From positions 128,001-192,000 of IMG/VR virus record IMGVR_UViG_3300031992_000012: a stretch of DNA of 64,000 bases, one strand, 5' to 3'. Positions within the stretch are counted from its first letter, which is position 1. The number at the start of each line of letters is the position of its first letter. The notes below the pieces were generated by a model. It made no database searches. It saw only the letters and a list, made by a program, of their open reading frames with translations, and was not told the DNA's origin. Positions 1-9,869 of the stretch are shown one piece after another. Source of the DNA: a virus. Lineage: Duplodnaviria > Caudoviricetes. The translations under genes were made by a program, and so were the position numbers.

Positions 1-5
1 GCTGG

Positions 6-647
6 ATGAGCATTTCAACGGGTGGCGAGGTCAAGCCTGAGCTGTCTGTGTACACCGTGTCTCACAATGACAACAATGTGTCCGTAGGGGTAAAGGGCTC
101 GATGGTCGTACGCAAGAATCTGGGCGTAGAGTCCATATCGGCGGTAAACGGCGTATACAAGACTCTTAGGGCCTTCACCGGCCGTGAACAGGAAAGTCTC
201 TACATACCTCCAAAGCAGCGTTCGGTAGTAACGCAGAACATATCAATATATGCACAGTTGGATAACACGAATATATCGGTAGAGACACATGCCGCAGAGG
301 CTGTCGACAACTGGTACACGACCTATGAGGACGACCCGCTGCTTACGGCGGACGGGGTGCGCCGGCTTGGAATATATTATCCTGACGCGGAAGGGTACAT
401 GACCGACAAGTCGTTCTGGGTCACGTCTCGCTGGCAGCGTATGCTGAGGGCGTCCGGAGGTGACTCCTGGCAGCCTTCGGCGATACAGGACGAGGACGGA
501 CGCATGATGCTGTACTTCCCCGGATACGAGATGTGGACTGATGATTCAAAGGGGTTTGTCCGTACATGGACAGTAGGCGCGGAGGAGCTAGACGCACCGT
601 CCAGCCTTCAGGCCTCATGGACGATAAACTGCACACTTAATGCTTAG
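6..647 (+). CDS. virion protein, probably tail tube (may be 5'-truncated)
   Basis: 213 aa ORF directly upstream of the chaperone/tape-measure pair. Function inferred from gene order only. Confidence 0.4.
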   Translation: MSISTGGEVKPELSVYTVSHNDNNVSVGVKGSMVVRKNLGVESISAVNGVYKTLRAFTGREQESLYIPPKQRSVVTQNISIYAQLDNTNISVETHAAEAVDNWYTTYEDDPLLTADGVRRLGIYYPDAEGYMTDKSFWVTSRWQRMLRASGGDSWQPSAIQDEDGRMMLYFPGYEMWTDDSKGFVRTWTVGAEELDAPSSLQASWTINCTLNA

Positions 648-662
648 AAAAGGAAAAGGAAG

Positions 663-1199
663 ATGACCGAGGAACGCAAGACGAACGAAGGAACAGAGAA
701 CGAGACGAAGGACCAGTTCATCCGCCGTATAACAAGCGGTGGAATAACGGAAAAGGACATCCCGGACTCCGCCCGTGAAAACTGGACGAGAAGCGTGCTG
801 GGCATGACGCCGTTCTCGCATTCCATGAGTATCATGGACGGTAGGATTCACGTGGTCTTCAGCGAGCCCTCGCCGGAGTTCCGCAACATCTACAGGCTTC
901 TGTCAGGGCGTATTCCGAACGACATGTTCATGACGCTTACAGGGCTCTCGATACTGCTGTACCTACGTGAAATCAACGGCGAGTTCAACCTGTCGTTCGA
1001 GCCGCCCAGGGACCTGCTGAAATTGGCGCCCGCCATGCAGGGGACGCCCGAGGCAATCGCCGACATGGTGAACTTCCATTACAGCGACTGGTGCGCCAAA
1101 ATTCCCTCGGCGATAGCCCGCATGCTCCCGACGCTATGGGCGATGTACAGCAGCATGGTCGCCTGGTTCACAGAGAACGACATGCCTGATTCTTTTTAA
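663..1199 (+). CDS. tail assembly chaperone (G-like)
   Basis: Has an AGGA RBS, ends in TCT TTT TAA with an open -1 frame beyond, and precedes the tape measure gene. Confidence 0.7.
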   Translation: MTEERKTNEGTENETKDQFIRRITSGGITEKDIPDSARENWTRSVLGMTPFSHSMSIMDGRIHVVFSEPSPEFRNIYRLLSGRIPNDMFMTLTGLSILLYLREINGEFNLSFEPPRDLLKLAPAMQGTPEAIADMVNFHYSDWCAKIPSAIARMLPTLWAMYSSMVAWFTENDMPDSF

Positions 1200-1489
1200 A
1201 CGGGCGCTGGTTCCGTCTTGCGTGCCGGGCGTCCAGGACGGGCGCCATTAACTACTCGAAGTGGAAAGGCACGGCACGGGACTATCAGCGGGAGCGCTAC
1301 ATATTCAATGACCTGGAGAGGGAGCTCGAAGCCACAAGCATTCGTGCGTTCCTCTCCGTTGGTGAACGGGAGCGGCTGCCCCTGGCCGAGACCGCAAGAG
1401 ACCTTGAGATGCCCTGGCTCCAGGAGAAGGGCGACGACAAGACAATCCTCCAGGACCTAGACGAGTTCCTGGAGAACGCAGAGAAATAA
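1193..1489 (+). CDS. -1 frameshift extension of the tail assembly chaperone (GT-like)
   Basis: The -1 frame reads FLNGRWFRLACRASRTG...DEFLENAEK*, has no start codon near its 5' end, and its stop abuts the ATG at 1490. Absent from the ORF track. Confidence 0.7.
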   Translation, partial: FLNGRWFRLACRASRTGAINYSKWKGTARDYQRERYIFNDLERELEATSIRAFLSVGERERLPLAETARDLEMPWLQEKGDDKTILQDLDEFLENAEK

Positions 1490-4189
1490 ATGACACAAGA
1501 AGGATACAACGCATATACGCCCGCATGGGAGTCGTTCGAGAAGCTTTTCCCGATACTTGAGAACCTTGTCTCGTTTGGCTCCTACATGGCCGAGGGTTCA
1601 GATACTTTCTCGGGCATACCCAGGCTGGTGAATGCGTTCAAGTTCAACAGCGGTGTCCGCCCACTCTACGAAGGCGATTCACAGGCCATGAGCCAGCTTG
1701 TGAACATGTTCAACCAGAAAACGGCCACACCGTCCGCGACGCCTTTTGAATCCTTCGCCAGATCCGGTCTGGCCTACCTTGTCGACGGCAAGGCCAAGGC
1801 CGACGAGGCCGTAAGGAGCGTGGGGCGCATCACAGGCGCCGGGTACACGTCCTTCGCCAACCCCGGCTATACAATGGCTGAATCCTTCGGCACGTGGGAC
1901 AGGGGTCAGTATGGAGACCATACGGCGGCTCTTTCCCAGACGATGGCGGACGTGTACTTGTCCACGCCTGACGACAACGTGACGCGTGGTATGCGCCAGG
2001 CGTTGTTCGTAAGGCAGATGGGCGGCGACCAGACAGTCGTGCAGGCCAACGCCAAGGCTCGAATCCTGATGCGTGAAATGGGAATCGACGAGGGCTTCGA
2101 TGAACGCGACCCTGAAAAGTGGGCGCGCCTGGAGCGCGATTTCGACAATATCGTCGAAAGCAAGAGGAACGAGCGCCGTCGTGGCGCCGAGGACCAGCTT
2201 GTGTACGAGGAGACTGCCGGAACCCTGACACCCGAACGCCGCAACTTGCTCATGAAGCAGATTGCCGGAGAGACCGAGGAGGACAGGAAATACGACGAAT
2301 CGGCCAAGGCCCTGAAGGATTTCGTAACGACAATCAACGACGCAGGGAGGCACCTGTCGGAATTCACCGCAGCCGCCGCAGACTGGGGCAAGATGCTGAA
2401 GACAGACGCCGATACGGCCACAACGCGTGTCGGAAATCTTCTCGGTGTGGACGCGGCCCGTGCGTATACAGGCGCCGAATTCGGCTACATGACCCACATG
2501 ATGCAGAACGCCGCGCAGTTGAGCGGCAATTCCACCGAGCGCATAATGCAGCTCGCCGGAGTCGCCCAGCAGCAGTTGTCGGCAAACGGCTTGTCCGCCG
2601 AATCGTCGATGGCGATAGCGACGATAGCCTCGTTGTCGTCAACCTCCAGCGGAAGCCGGCGTACGACGCAAAATTCCCGTGAAGCTGCGGACATCGCCTC
2701 CTACGTCTCCCTGATGAAGTCAGACGCCGGGCAGCTTGCGCTGGGTGGATTCCAGGTGTTTGCGAGCAACTTCCGTGGTTCTCCGGAAGAGGCCGCGACA
2801 GCATATATGCAGCGTTTGGAGAACATGGGGGGGATAACGCTTGGAAATGTCCAGCGTCTCACGGGTGTGAGAGGAGGTCTCGACTTCTTCAACATGCAGG
2901 GGAACGGCGAATACGCCCAGCAATTGGTGGCGACGCATCCCGAGTTCCTGTCCACCATGAGGTCGATGGCCACGAGAAACACTATAATGACGGAGCTGCA
3001 GTCTCAATGGAATTTCACAGCCAACGGCAGACGGGTTAACGTACTGTCTGAAAGGAACAGGCTTGATAGCATGACCCAGTCCAGGGCAGGCGTATCCCTG
3101 GAGACCGTCATGAATTCCTGGACACCGGAACAACGCAAGGCAGCTCTGGGAGAGGAACTGGACCAGCAGATACGGCAGTTCGACGGCGCCTACAGGACAG
3201 CACTGGTTAATGTCAACCGTTCAGGCCACCTCGGACGGTCCTACCTTAATGCTTCGTCTGACATAACCCTCAACCTGCTGGACGAGCAGGTATCCCGGGA
3301 AACGGTTGCCAAGGTGCGGGAAGCGCAGGCGCGTTCGCGCATCCAGGCCGACTACACCTCCGGCGGTTTCGGACGGGTGCTGTACAATTCGATAATAAAC
3401 AACCCGGATGTCTCGCTCGGTTCACTGTTCTCAACGGCCACCGGCATGACACTTCAGGCGGACACGGTAAAGTTCCTGTCCGGAAACGGTTTCGGAAAGG
3501 AGGAGCGCAGGGCTCTGTCCGATGTCCTGTCGTCCAAGGAAGGAATCGAGAACAAGTATGACAAACTATTCGAGGGAAGCATCCACCGCTTCGACCAGCT
3601 CAGGAAAGAGGGTGTCCAGCTAGACAAGGCCATAGAAAGCTCCGGTCTCGGGAAGTTCGGCTTCGGGGTGAACGGGGAGAACCTGACCTTCAACGGGGCT
3701 GGGCTGGACGCGAGTCTCAAGGAATACGCCTACAAGGACAGGAAGCTCAAGGAAGACACCTCCGCCGAGCACAAGGAAATGGTGGAGAAGTGGTCGAAGG
3801 ACATAGACGCCGACCCTACAACCAGCCTTGGCAAAAGATACGACGTCGCCGAACGGCTCACGGTGTATGATGTCTTCAAGGAGAAGGTCAAGTACAAGGA
3901 CGTCTATAACGAAGAGCAGAAGAACGCCCTTCAAAAATACCAGGACGCCATATCCGGGACGGACGATGAAGACATCAAGCAAGCCGAGAGGACATTGAGA
4001 AACGTCTTCAAGGACGACAAGATGTGGAACGACGCCAGGGCCAAGAACCGCTCAGAGATGGGAATCCCCAACAACGGAGGCGCGTTCGAGCAAATCATGC
4101 TAGGTTACATGTCGAAGCTAATGCAGAAGCTCTTCGCCGGTGAGAACGACCCGATCTTCGTACAGTTCAAAGGCGAGGGAGGCAACTAA
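1490..4189 (+). CDS. tape measure protein
   Basis: 899 aa, Ala/Gly-rich and helical-looking, following a frameshifted chaperone. Confidence 0.7.
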   Translation: MTQEGYNAYTPAWESFEKLFPILENLVSFGSYMAEGSDTFSGIPRLVNAFKFNSGVRPLYEGDSQAMSQLVNMFNQKTATPSATPFESFARSGLAYLVDGKAKADEAVRSVGRITGAGYTSFANPGYTMAESFGTWDRGQYGDHTAALSQTMADVYLSTPDDNVTRGMRQALFVRQMGGDQTVVQANAKARILMREMGIDEGFDERDPEKWARLERDFDNIVESKRNERRRGAEDQLVYEETAGTLTPERRNLLMKQIAGETEEDRKYDESAKALKDFVTTINDAGRHLSEFTAAAADWGKMLKTDADTATTRVGNLLGVDAARAYTGAEFGYMTHMMQNAAQLSGNSTERIMQLAGVAQQQLSANGLSAESSMAIATIASLSSTSSGSRRTTQNSREAADIASYVSLMKSDAGQLALGGFQVFASNFRGSPEEAATAYMQRLENMGGITLGNVQRLTGVRGGLDFFNMQGNGEYAQQLVATHPEFLSTMRSMATRNTIMTELQSQWNFTANGRRVNVLSERNRLDSMTQSRAGVSLETVMNSWTPEQRKAALGEELDQQIRQFDGAYRTALVNVNRSGHLGRSYLNASSDITLNLLDEQVSRETVAKVREAQARSRIQADYTSGGFGRVLYNSIINNPDVSLGSLFSTATGMTLQADTVKFLSGNGFGKEERRALSDVLSSKEGIENKYDKLFEGSIHRFDQLRKEGVQLDKAIESSGLGKFGFGVNGENLTFNGAGLDASLKEYAYKDRKLKEDTSAEHKEMVEKWSKDIDADPTTSLGKRYDVAERLTVYDVFKEKVKYKDVYNEEQKNALQKYQDAISGTDDEDIKQAERTLRNVFKDDKMWNDARAKNRSEMGIPNNGGAFEQIMLGYMSKLMQKLFAGENDPIFVQFKGEGGN

Positions 4190-4674
4190 TGGAACATCTA
4201 TTCGATTTCGACTCGACCCCCGCAGCGGTGTACAACGGCGGGAACGGAATAAAGGGCCTCATCACCGTCAAGACCAACAGGAACGGCAACGACCCAGACG
4301 GAGGAAGCAACTTCCTTGTGGCAATCCTGTCGATAAACGGCGAGAAGGAGGCCAATGCGCAGATGACCGCCAACTTGAAGAACGAGGCCTACTACACGCT
4401 GTTCGGCGACAAGATGACTACCACCACGCTTACCTGCCTTGACATACCCGGCTATTGCGGGGCGGGGCATAAAATCAACCGCCTGTACAACGCCGTTCGT
4501 CTCATGGACAACGCCATAGCGTCGGGCAACCTTCCGAGCATCAAGGTAACATACGCCTCGGCAGGGCACTCCGGCACGGTGACAATAAAAGGCTATCTGA
4601 CGAAAATATCGTTCGGCATGGCGCAGCAGTACAACGGTTCTATGACCCTTACCATACAAGGATACGTTTCATGA
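4189..4674 (+). CDS. tail/baseplate protein (tube-initiator-like)
   Basis: 161 aa beta-rich ORF translationally coupled to the tape measure gene. Confidence 0.4.
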   Translation: MEHLFDFDSTPAAVYNGGNGIKGLITVKTNRNGNDPDGGSNFLVAILSINGEKEANAQMTANLKNEAYYTLFGDKMTTTTLTCLDIPGYCGAGHKINRLYNAVRLMDNAIASGNLPSIKVTYASAGHSGTVTIKGYLTKISFGMAQQYNGSMTLTIQGYVS

Positions 4675-5303
4675 CCTACAACATCACATGGGGGCTGCTC
4701 CACGGGGCGGCGAACACGGGTGAACCTTGGGTGAGAGGATCGAGCTGTACGCCGGGCTTTCACGGGAGGGACGCAAAGGTGCGCGCCCTCTTCCCTGATT
4801 TGGACCCCAGCATCCGTGGGTGGCTTGTCGAGACGTTCGTGCAGGCCGCCCTTCTGTCGTCATGGCGGAAGGAGCTGCTGAAGCTTGACGGGCTTAACAC
4901 GTATTTCGACCCACTCAAAGGACCGCTGCTCCGCCTTTACCCGAGCCGCAAGGGGGTTTTCGTGGAACATCCTGCCGCCGAGCCTGGCGACATATTCATG
5001 CGCTCCGTCCGGTACGCCATAAACGGGCAGGGTCCGTACAGCGTCTCCTACACGCGCTCCGACGGCATGTCCGACACCGTCACGCTGGAGGAGAACGACG
5101 GCAAAATGCTGCTTCCGTTCTACGACGGGACAATAACGCTCCGTAACGCGGCCTCAGCCAAGGAGGACGGGGAGTTCCAGGTAACACTTGCCAGGCTTCC
5201 GTACTACCTGCCAGAGGACAAGCTTATGGAACGTCTTGGAACAAAGAATCTTCCAGAAGCAGCAGGTGCATTCTGCACAGAACTTCTCAGAGGACTTAAA
5301 TGA
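4671..5303 (+). CDS. hypothetical protein in tail module
   Basis: Coupled ORF (ATGA overlap). Confidence 0.5.
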   Translation: MTYNITWGLLHGAANTGEPWVRGSSCTPGFHGRDAKVRALFPDLDPSIRGWLVETFVQAALLSSWRKELLKLDGLNTYFDPLKGPLLRLYPSRKGVFVEHPAAEPGDIFMRSVRYAINGQGPYSVSYTRSDGMSDTVTLEENDGKMLLPFYDGTITLRNAASAKEDGEFQVTLARLPYYLPEDKLMERLGTKNLPEAAGAFCTELLRGLK

Positions 5304-6889
5304 GTTTCAACATAGACAAGTCGTCCGCGCTTGAGGTGAAGCTGCTGGAGCTGCATGTCAGCGGCCTCGGCAGCTTCGAGCTTTCCCGCGTTTCCATCAA
5401 TATGAATGTGAACGGGGAAAGCACGGCCACATGCGAACCCGTGCCTGGCAAGGACACCATAAAGAACCAGCAGTCGCATATAAACCGTCTGTCCGCCATA
5501 ACGCCGGACATGCGCTGCCGGGTCTACATGAAGCTAGGCAACAACGGAAACCTGGCGCCCTACAGGAGCATGCTGTTCGAGGGACGGCTTGCAGGAGACA
5601 CCATACAAGTCCTGTCCAACCCGCTGGGCAGCTCGGCGCAGGTGCACATAAACCTGCGGCATATAACAACAGCCGACCTCGGCGGAGTGTCTGTAGCAGA
5701 ACGAACATATTATCATGATGGCGCTCAGAATATTCCTTTCCGTATAACGAATTACACCCCTTACTACACCACACAGCAGTTCCGCAACACCACGCTCGAC
5801 GAAGGAAGACTGGCCCTTTACATCAAGCAGCTAGTCAACGCCCTGTTCCTCTGGTACACCAACGGCGGAACTAACAGTATAAACGTCAACAACATTCTAA
5901 AGGCCGTGCCCTGCAAGGTGAGACAGGACCTTGAGATGATGGAGAACGGCAAGGGTGGGATAATCTGGGGGATGGAAAGCGTCATAGACCGGACGTTCCA
6001 GGGGGCGATGGGCTCCAAGGCCACGCTCCTGTCCGTCATGAGCACGCTGTGCAATTACTGCCTTTTCAACCTGATACCGACAAGCAACGCGCTTGTGATA
6101 ACCCCGAACCTCAATGTATCCCGGTGGAATGACGACGATGTGTTCCTAAGCAGGAAAAGGCTGGTCAATGTAACCATCCCGTTCACCTCGCAGAGAATAC
6201 CAATCGAAAAAGTCTGCCTCAATTATTTCGCCGGCGTTAGATACTACTCGGACGGCGGGGAGGATGTCACCGACCCAAACCGTAACAAGGACTGGGCCAG
6301 CAAGTACCGCTGGCCTCCTATAGACGGCGGCGGCGCAGTCCTGGTGGACCCCCCGCCAATACTGCGGGATGTCGTGGATGTCTCGCTAAGCGCCGGCAGC
6401 CAGCTTCTACCTCCCCGGCCGCTATCAAAGGGCGGGAGGGCCACTAACTCTGTAAACAGCGCTGGTGCACAGGCTTATAGATACCCCTGGGACCTTGATA
6501 CCCGTATCGGAACAATAGCGGCCAAGCTGGAGTGGTCCCGTCTCGCCTTTTCACAGAGGACGCTGTCCGTCGGGATAATGCCACACTGGATATTCAGCCC
6601 CTCCTTCGCCGAGGCGCTTGGCAGCGTGTACGAGGAGGGGACCCCGTGGGGGCTCCTTGGGAAGACCGTCAAATTGCGCGCCCCGTACAGCATAATCGAC
6701 TCCAACAAGTCTGACGATATCGCGTACATAGGGTATGTTAATGGAATGCAACTTGACGTTTCAGTTCCCGACGCGAGACTGACAACGCACGCCGTACTTT
6801 CCAACGTAAGGACGGAGACGGAGGACCGATGGGCCTTCCCAACCGCCGACAATCCTCTATATGACGACACCGAACAACAACCAGTCTGA
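5300..6889 (+). CDS. putative baseplate hub protein
   Basis: 529 aa. N-terminal pattern (SINMNVNGESTAT...LFEGRL) and position resemble hub proteins. Confidence 0.45.
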   Translation: MSFNIDKSSALEVKLLELHVSGLGSFELSRVSINMNVNGESTATCEPVPGKDTIKNQQSHINRLSAITPDMRCRVYMKLGNNGNLAPYRSMLFEGRLAGDTIQVLSNPLGSSAQVHINLRHITTADLGGVSVAERTYYHDGAQNIPFRITNYTPYYTTQQFRNTTLDEGRLALYIKQLVNALFLWYTNGGTNSINVNNILKAVPCKVRQDLEMMENGKGGIIWGMESVIDRTFQGAMGSKATLLSVMSTLCNYCLFNLIPTSNALVITPNLNVSRWNDDDVFLSRKRLVNVTIPFTSQRIPIEKVCLNYFAGVRYYSDGGEDVTDPNRNKDWASKYRWPPIDGGGAVLVDPPPILRDVVDVSLSAGSQLLPPRPLSKGGRATNSVNSAGAQAYRYPWDLDTRIGTIAAKLEWSRLAFSQRTLSVGIMPHWIFSPSFAEALGSVYEEGTPWGLLGKTVKLRAPYSIIDSNKSDDIAYIGYVNGMQLDVSVPDARLTTHAVLSNVRTETEDRWAFPTADNPLYDDTEQQPV

Positions 6890-7595
6890 CGACAAGCCCC
6901 AGGACCCTATGGACCTGGCATGGCAGGCGTGGAAGGCGGAGGACACACCCGACACGCGCAGGAACCTTCTTGCGGCCGTGTCGCCGCAGGTGAACACCGC
7001 CTTGCGCACGTTTGCGCCCGGGATGGAGCAGAACCTTCTTCTTCAGGCTAACAGGCTGGCCCTTGACGCGGCCACGACATACGACCCGTCCAGGGGCATG
7101 AAGTTCAAATCCTATGTCTACCAGCACCTGCAGCCTTTGCAGCGCATGGCCGGAAAGAGGGCCAACATGGTCTCCCTGCCTGAGCGCCATATCATAGAAG
7201 GCTCAAGGCTGAAGGAGCAGGAGCAGAGGTTCATCGAGCAGAAGGGCTACGAGCCGTCACTCGCCGACCTGGCGGATTTCACCGGAATGAGCATGAAACG
7301 GATCGAGACGATACGCCGCCACAAGGGCGCCGTCAACGAATCCAAGACATACAGCCCAGAGGGCGACCCGATGGCGTCAGGTACGGAGGACCTCCAGAAA
7401 ACCTGGTGCGACTACATATACAGCTCCCTTCCTTCGATGGACCAGAAGATATACGAGTGGAGAACGGGCTACGGCGGCGCTCCTGTTCTCGGCGTCGTGG
7501 AGATAGCCAAGCGGCTGAACACGTCCCCGGCCACGGTGAGCAACCGCCTGTCCAAGATAATCGGGCTTATCCAGGAGGGAATGAGCCTTGAGTGA
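6861..7595 (+). CDS. sigma70-family (FliA/SigB-like) RNA polymerase sigma factor
   Basis: Region 2 YDPSRGMKFKSYVY, region 3 YEPSLADLADFTGMS, region 4 HTH VEIAKRLNTSPATVSNRL. Confidence 0.85.
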   Translation: MTTPNNNQSDDKPQDPMDLAWQAWKAEDTPDTRRNLLAAVSPQVNTALRTFAPGMEQNLLLQANRLALDAATTYDPSRGMKFKSYVYQHLQPLQRMAGKRANMVSLPERHIIEGSRLKEQEQRFIEQKGYEPSLADLADFTGMSMKRIETIRRHKGAVNESKTYSPEGDPMASGTEDLQKTWCDYIYSSLPSMDQKIYEWRTGYGGAPVLGVVEIAKRLNTSPATVSNRLSKIIGLIQEGMSLE

Positions 7596-7953
7596 CACCG
7601 GAAAGTACATAATAGAGGAATACACTCGAGGAGCGAAGACGCTCTGGCCGCGTGTGCTTGACGTAGCCGTTCCCGAAAAGCCGTTCGACGAGAACAGGCT
7701 TCGCAGGGACATGGCGGCGGTGGAGTCCCAGGTGTCTGAGTACTTTCCGAAGGCCGACGAGCCGGAGAAGCTCAGGGCGTTCGAAAAAGGGGCGGCGGCG
7801 GAGGCCGGGTTCCGTGGGATAGCCGCCTCTATGCTTCATAAACGCCACCAGCTAGGCCGCACGCGGAAGCTCATGGCAGCCATGAACAGCGCGCTTGGGT
7901 TGTTCGACACCAGCGGCCGTGTCGCCAATCTGCAAGGAGGACTTCCTGAATGA
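7588..7953 (+). CDS. hypothetical protein
   Basis: Coupled 121 aa ORF. Confidence 0.5.
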   Translation: MSDTGKYIIEEYTRGAKTLWPRVLDVAVPEKPFDENRLRRDMAAVESQVSEYFPKADEPEKLRAFEKGAAAEAGFRGIAASMLHKRHQLGRTRKLMAAMNSALGLFDTSGRVANLQGGLPE

Positions 7954-8315
7954 AGGACCTGAACATTCTCCGTATGATTATGGACGCCGACCCGGGCTAC
8001 ACCCGAAACGAGCATGAGGTCTGGGCGCAACGGCTTATGGTAATCCTGATGGGCTCAGAGGACAACGACGTCGGAAGGGCCTATGGCGGTGAACTGGCCG
8101 CCTTCGTCGGCGGGGCGATACTGTCGCCCGACGTCCTTGAGCTTAAGGTCAAGGCTACCATAAAGGAGGCCGTCGAGTGGCTCAAGGCCAATTCGTACGC
8201 CCCGGCGGACATGACCGCCGACGTCGACACCTATGACCTGGACGGCGATCATCTGACAATACACATAACGGTATCCTACGCCGGGGAGAGCTCCTCGGCT
8301 GATTTGACCCTATAA
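7950..8315 (+). CDS. gp25/GpW-like baseplate wedge protein
   Basis: 121 aa with a GRAYGGEL motif and C-terminal beta strands, directly before the J-like gene. Confidence 0.6.
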   Translation: MKDLNILRMIMDADPGYTRNEHEVWAQRLMVILMGSEDNDVGRAYGGELAAFVGGAILSPDVLELKVKATIKEAVEWLKANSYAPADMTADVDTYDLDGDHLTIHITVSYAGESSSADLTL

Positions 8316-8321
8316 AAGAAT

Positions 8322-9869
8322 ATGCTCAACAAGGACAAGACAGACAACGAGGCGGTGTTCGCCGCCGAAAACGCCATGGCCGGCGTGTTCTCGTCTAAAT
8401 ACGGTATAGACGCTGCCCCCGGTTCGGCAACGCGCGAGCTGGCAATACGCCCTGCCGCCGTTCTCCGCTCAATGGAGGAGGATTGGCGCACGGCGCTGAC
8501 AACGTCGCTGAACCTCTTCAGTATTGCCGACGGCTCCGTGGAGGGGCAGGACGACCTGGTTGACGCAATCGCCTCCATCTACCGCATAAAGAGGCGCGGT
8601 GGTGCCGTCTCGGCCGGTACCATGATGGTCGAGGTGGCCGAGGTTCCTACCGTCTATATAAACAGCGGCATGAGCTTCTCCATAAACAACGTCCGCCTTG
8701 AAGTCCCGGGCGTGTACGTCGGGCATTCAGGAAGCCTTCCGGAAGGCTCCGCCGACGGCGTCCACCATGTGATGATTCGCCGGTACGCCAAGGGCGTGGA
8801 CCTCGACGGAAGCGTCATATACTCGTTCTGCATGCTCGTCCCCGTCTACTGCGAGAGTGGCGACTCCTTCCCGGCCGGAATACCGATAGCCATGAACGGT
8901 CCCTCCGGCGGGATAATCGAATGCAGCGTGTTCTCCGCTATAACCGGCGGAGGGAACGAGGAGAGCAACCAGGATTTGGCAAGACGCGTCCTTGAAGGTC
9001 TTCCCCCGGGCGTAATGTCCACTCCCCTGCAGATAAAGAACACATTGTCCGAGGAATTCGGCATACCTCCCCACAGGACGAAAGTACTTGGGGCGTCGGA
9101 CTGCACTTCGCGTTCATGCGATATAATCACGGGGCTGCCTGTTCCAGGAACGGTGGACATATGCGCCGCCCCGACAGGCGACTGCCCTGTCGAGACGGTG
9201 GAGACAACGCCCATGCTGTTCAGCGGCACGACCTGGATGATAAACCTCGACGAGAACGCCGCAGCAGGCATGTACGAGGTGACCTCCCTTGTCGTAAACG
9301 GCAACGCAGTAAGCGAGTACACGGTCGAGTGGATGCCGTCGGAAGTCGGCTTCCATCAGATAAAGTGGAACAACGGCTACCGTTTCTCGGCTTTCCAGAC
9401 GGCGACAGTGACTTTCGACAGCGACGACGACCTGTCGAACGCCACAGCCCTTCTCACCATCCGCCGCCAGCCGCTTGTGCCGGTCATACAGAGCTTCGTC
9501 GACGGGACCGACAAAAGGGCTCCCGGGCAGGATACGGTCGTCTACTCGCCGTTCCCGGTGTTCCTGCGCATGTCCCTTGCTGTAAGCGGGGGAAACGCCT
9601 CCGACGAAACGCTGCGCACCACTCTCTGCAATTATCTGAACAACCTTCCGGTCGGACGAGGGTATGTCGACGGCCAGGACTGCTTCGACGCCCTCAACGC
9701 GATAGGCGTCAAGGTAGTCTTCCCGATTACCATGTATGCGCATATCCTCACGGACGGCGTGTCGTACGACATCATGTCGTCCAACGGAAGACTTGAATAT
9801 GGCTCCATCACAAAGGGCAGGGATGTAGTCTACGTCTCCGCCAACGATGTTAGGATGACCGCCGGGTGA
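8322..9869 (+). CDS. baseplate J-like wedge protein
   Basis: Motifs PGSATRELAIRP, IASIYRIKRRGG and AITGGGNEESNQDLARR are typical of baseplate J. Confidence 0.85.
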   Translation: MLNKDKTDNEAVFAAENAMAGVFSSKYGIDAAPGSATRELAIRPAAVLRSMEEDWRTALTTSLNLFSIADGSVEGQDDLVDAIASIYRIKRRGGAVSAGTMMVEVAEVPTVYINSGMSFSINNVRLEVPGVYVGHSGSLPEGSADGVHHVMIRRYAKGVDLDGSVIYSFCMLVPVYCESGDSFPAGIPIAMNGPSGGIIECSVFSAITGGGNEESNQDLARRVLEGLPPGVMSTPLQIKNTLSEEFGIPPHRTKVLGASDCTSRSCDIITGLPVPGTVDICAAPTGDCPVETVETTPMLFSGTTWMINLDENAAAGMYEVTSLVVNGNAVSEYTVEWMPSEVGFHQIKWNNGYRFSAFQTATVTFDSDDDLSNATALLTIRRQPLVPVIQSFVDGTDKRAPGQDTVVYSPFPVFLRMSLAVSGGNASDETLRTTLCNYLNNLPVGRGYVDGQDCFDALNAIGVKVVFPITMYAHILTDGVSYDIMSSNGRLEYGSITKGRDVVYVSANDVRMTAG

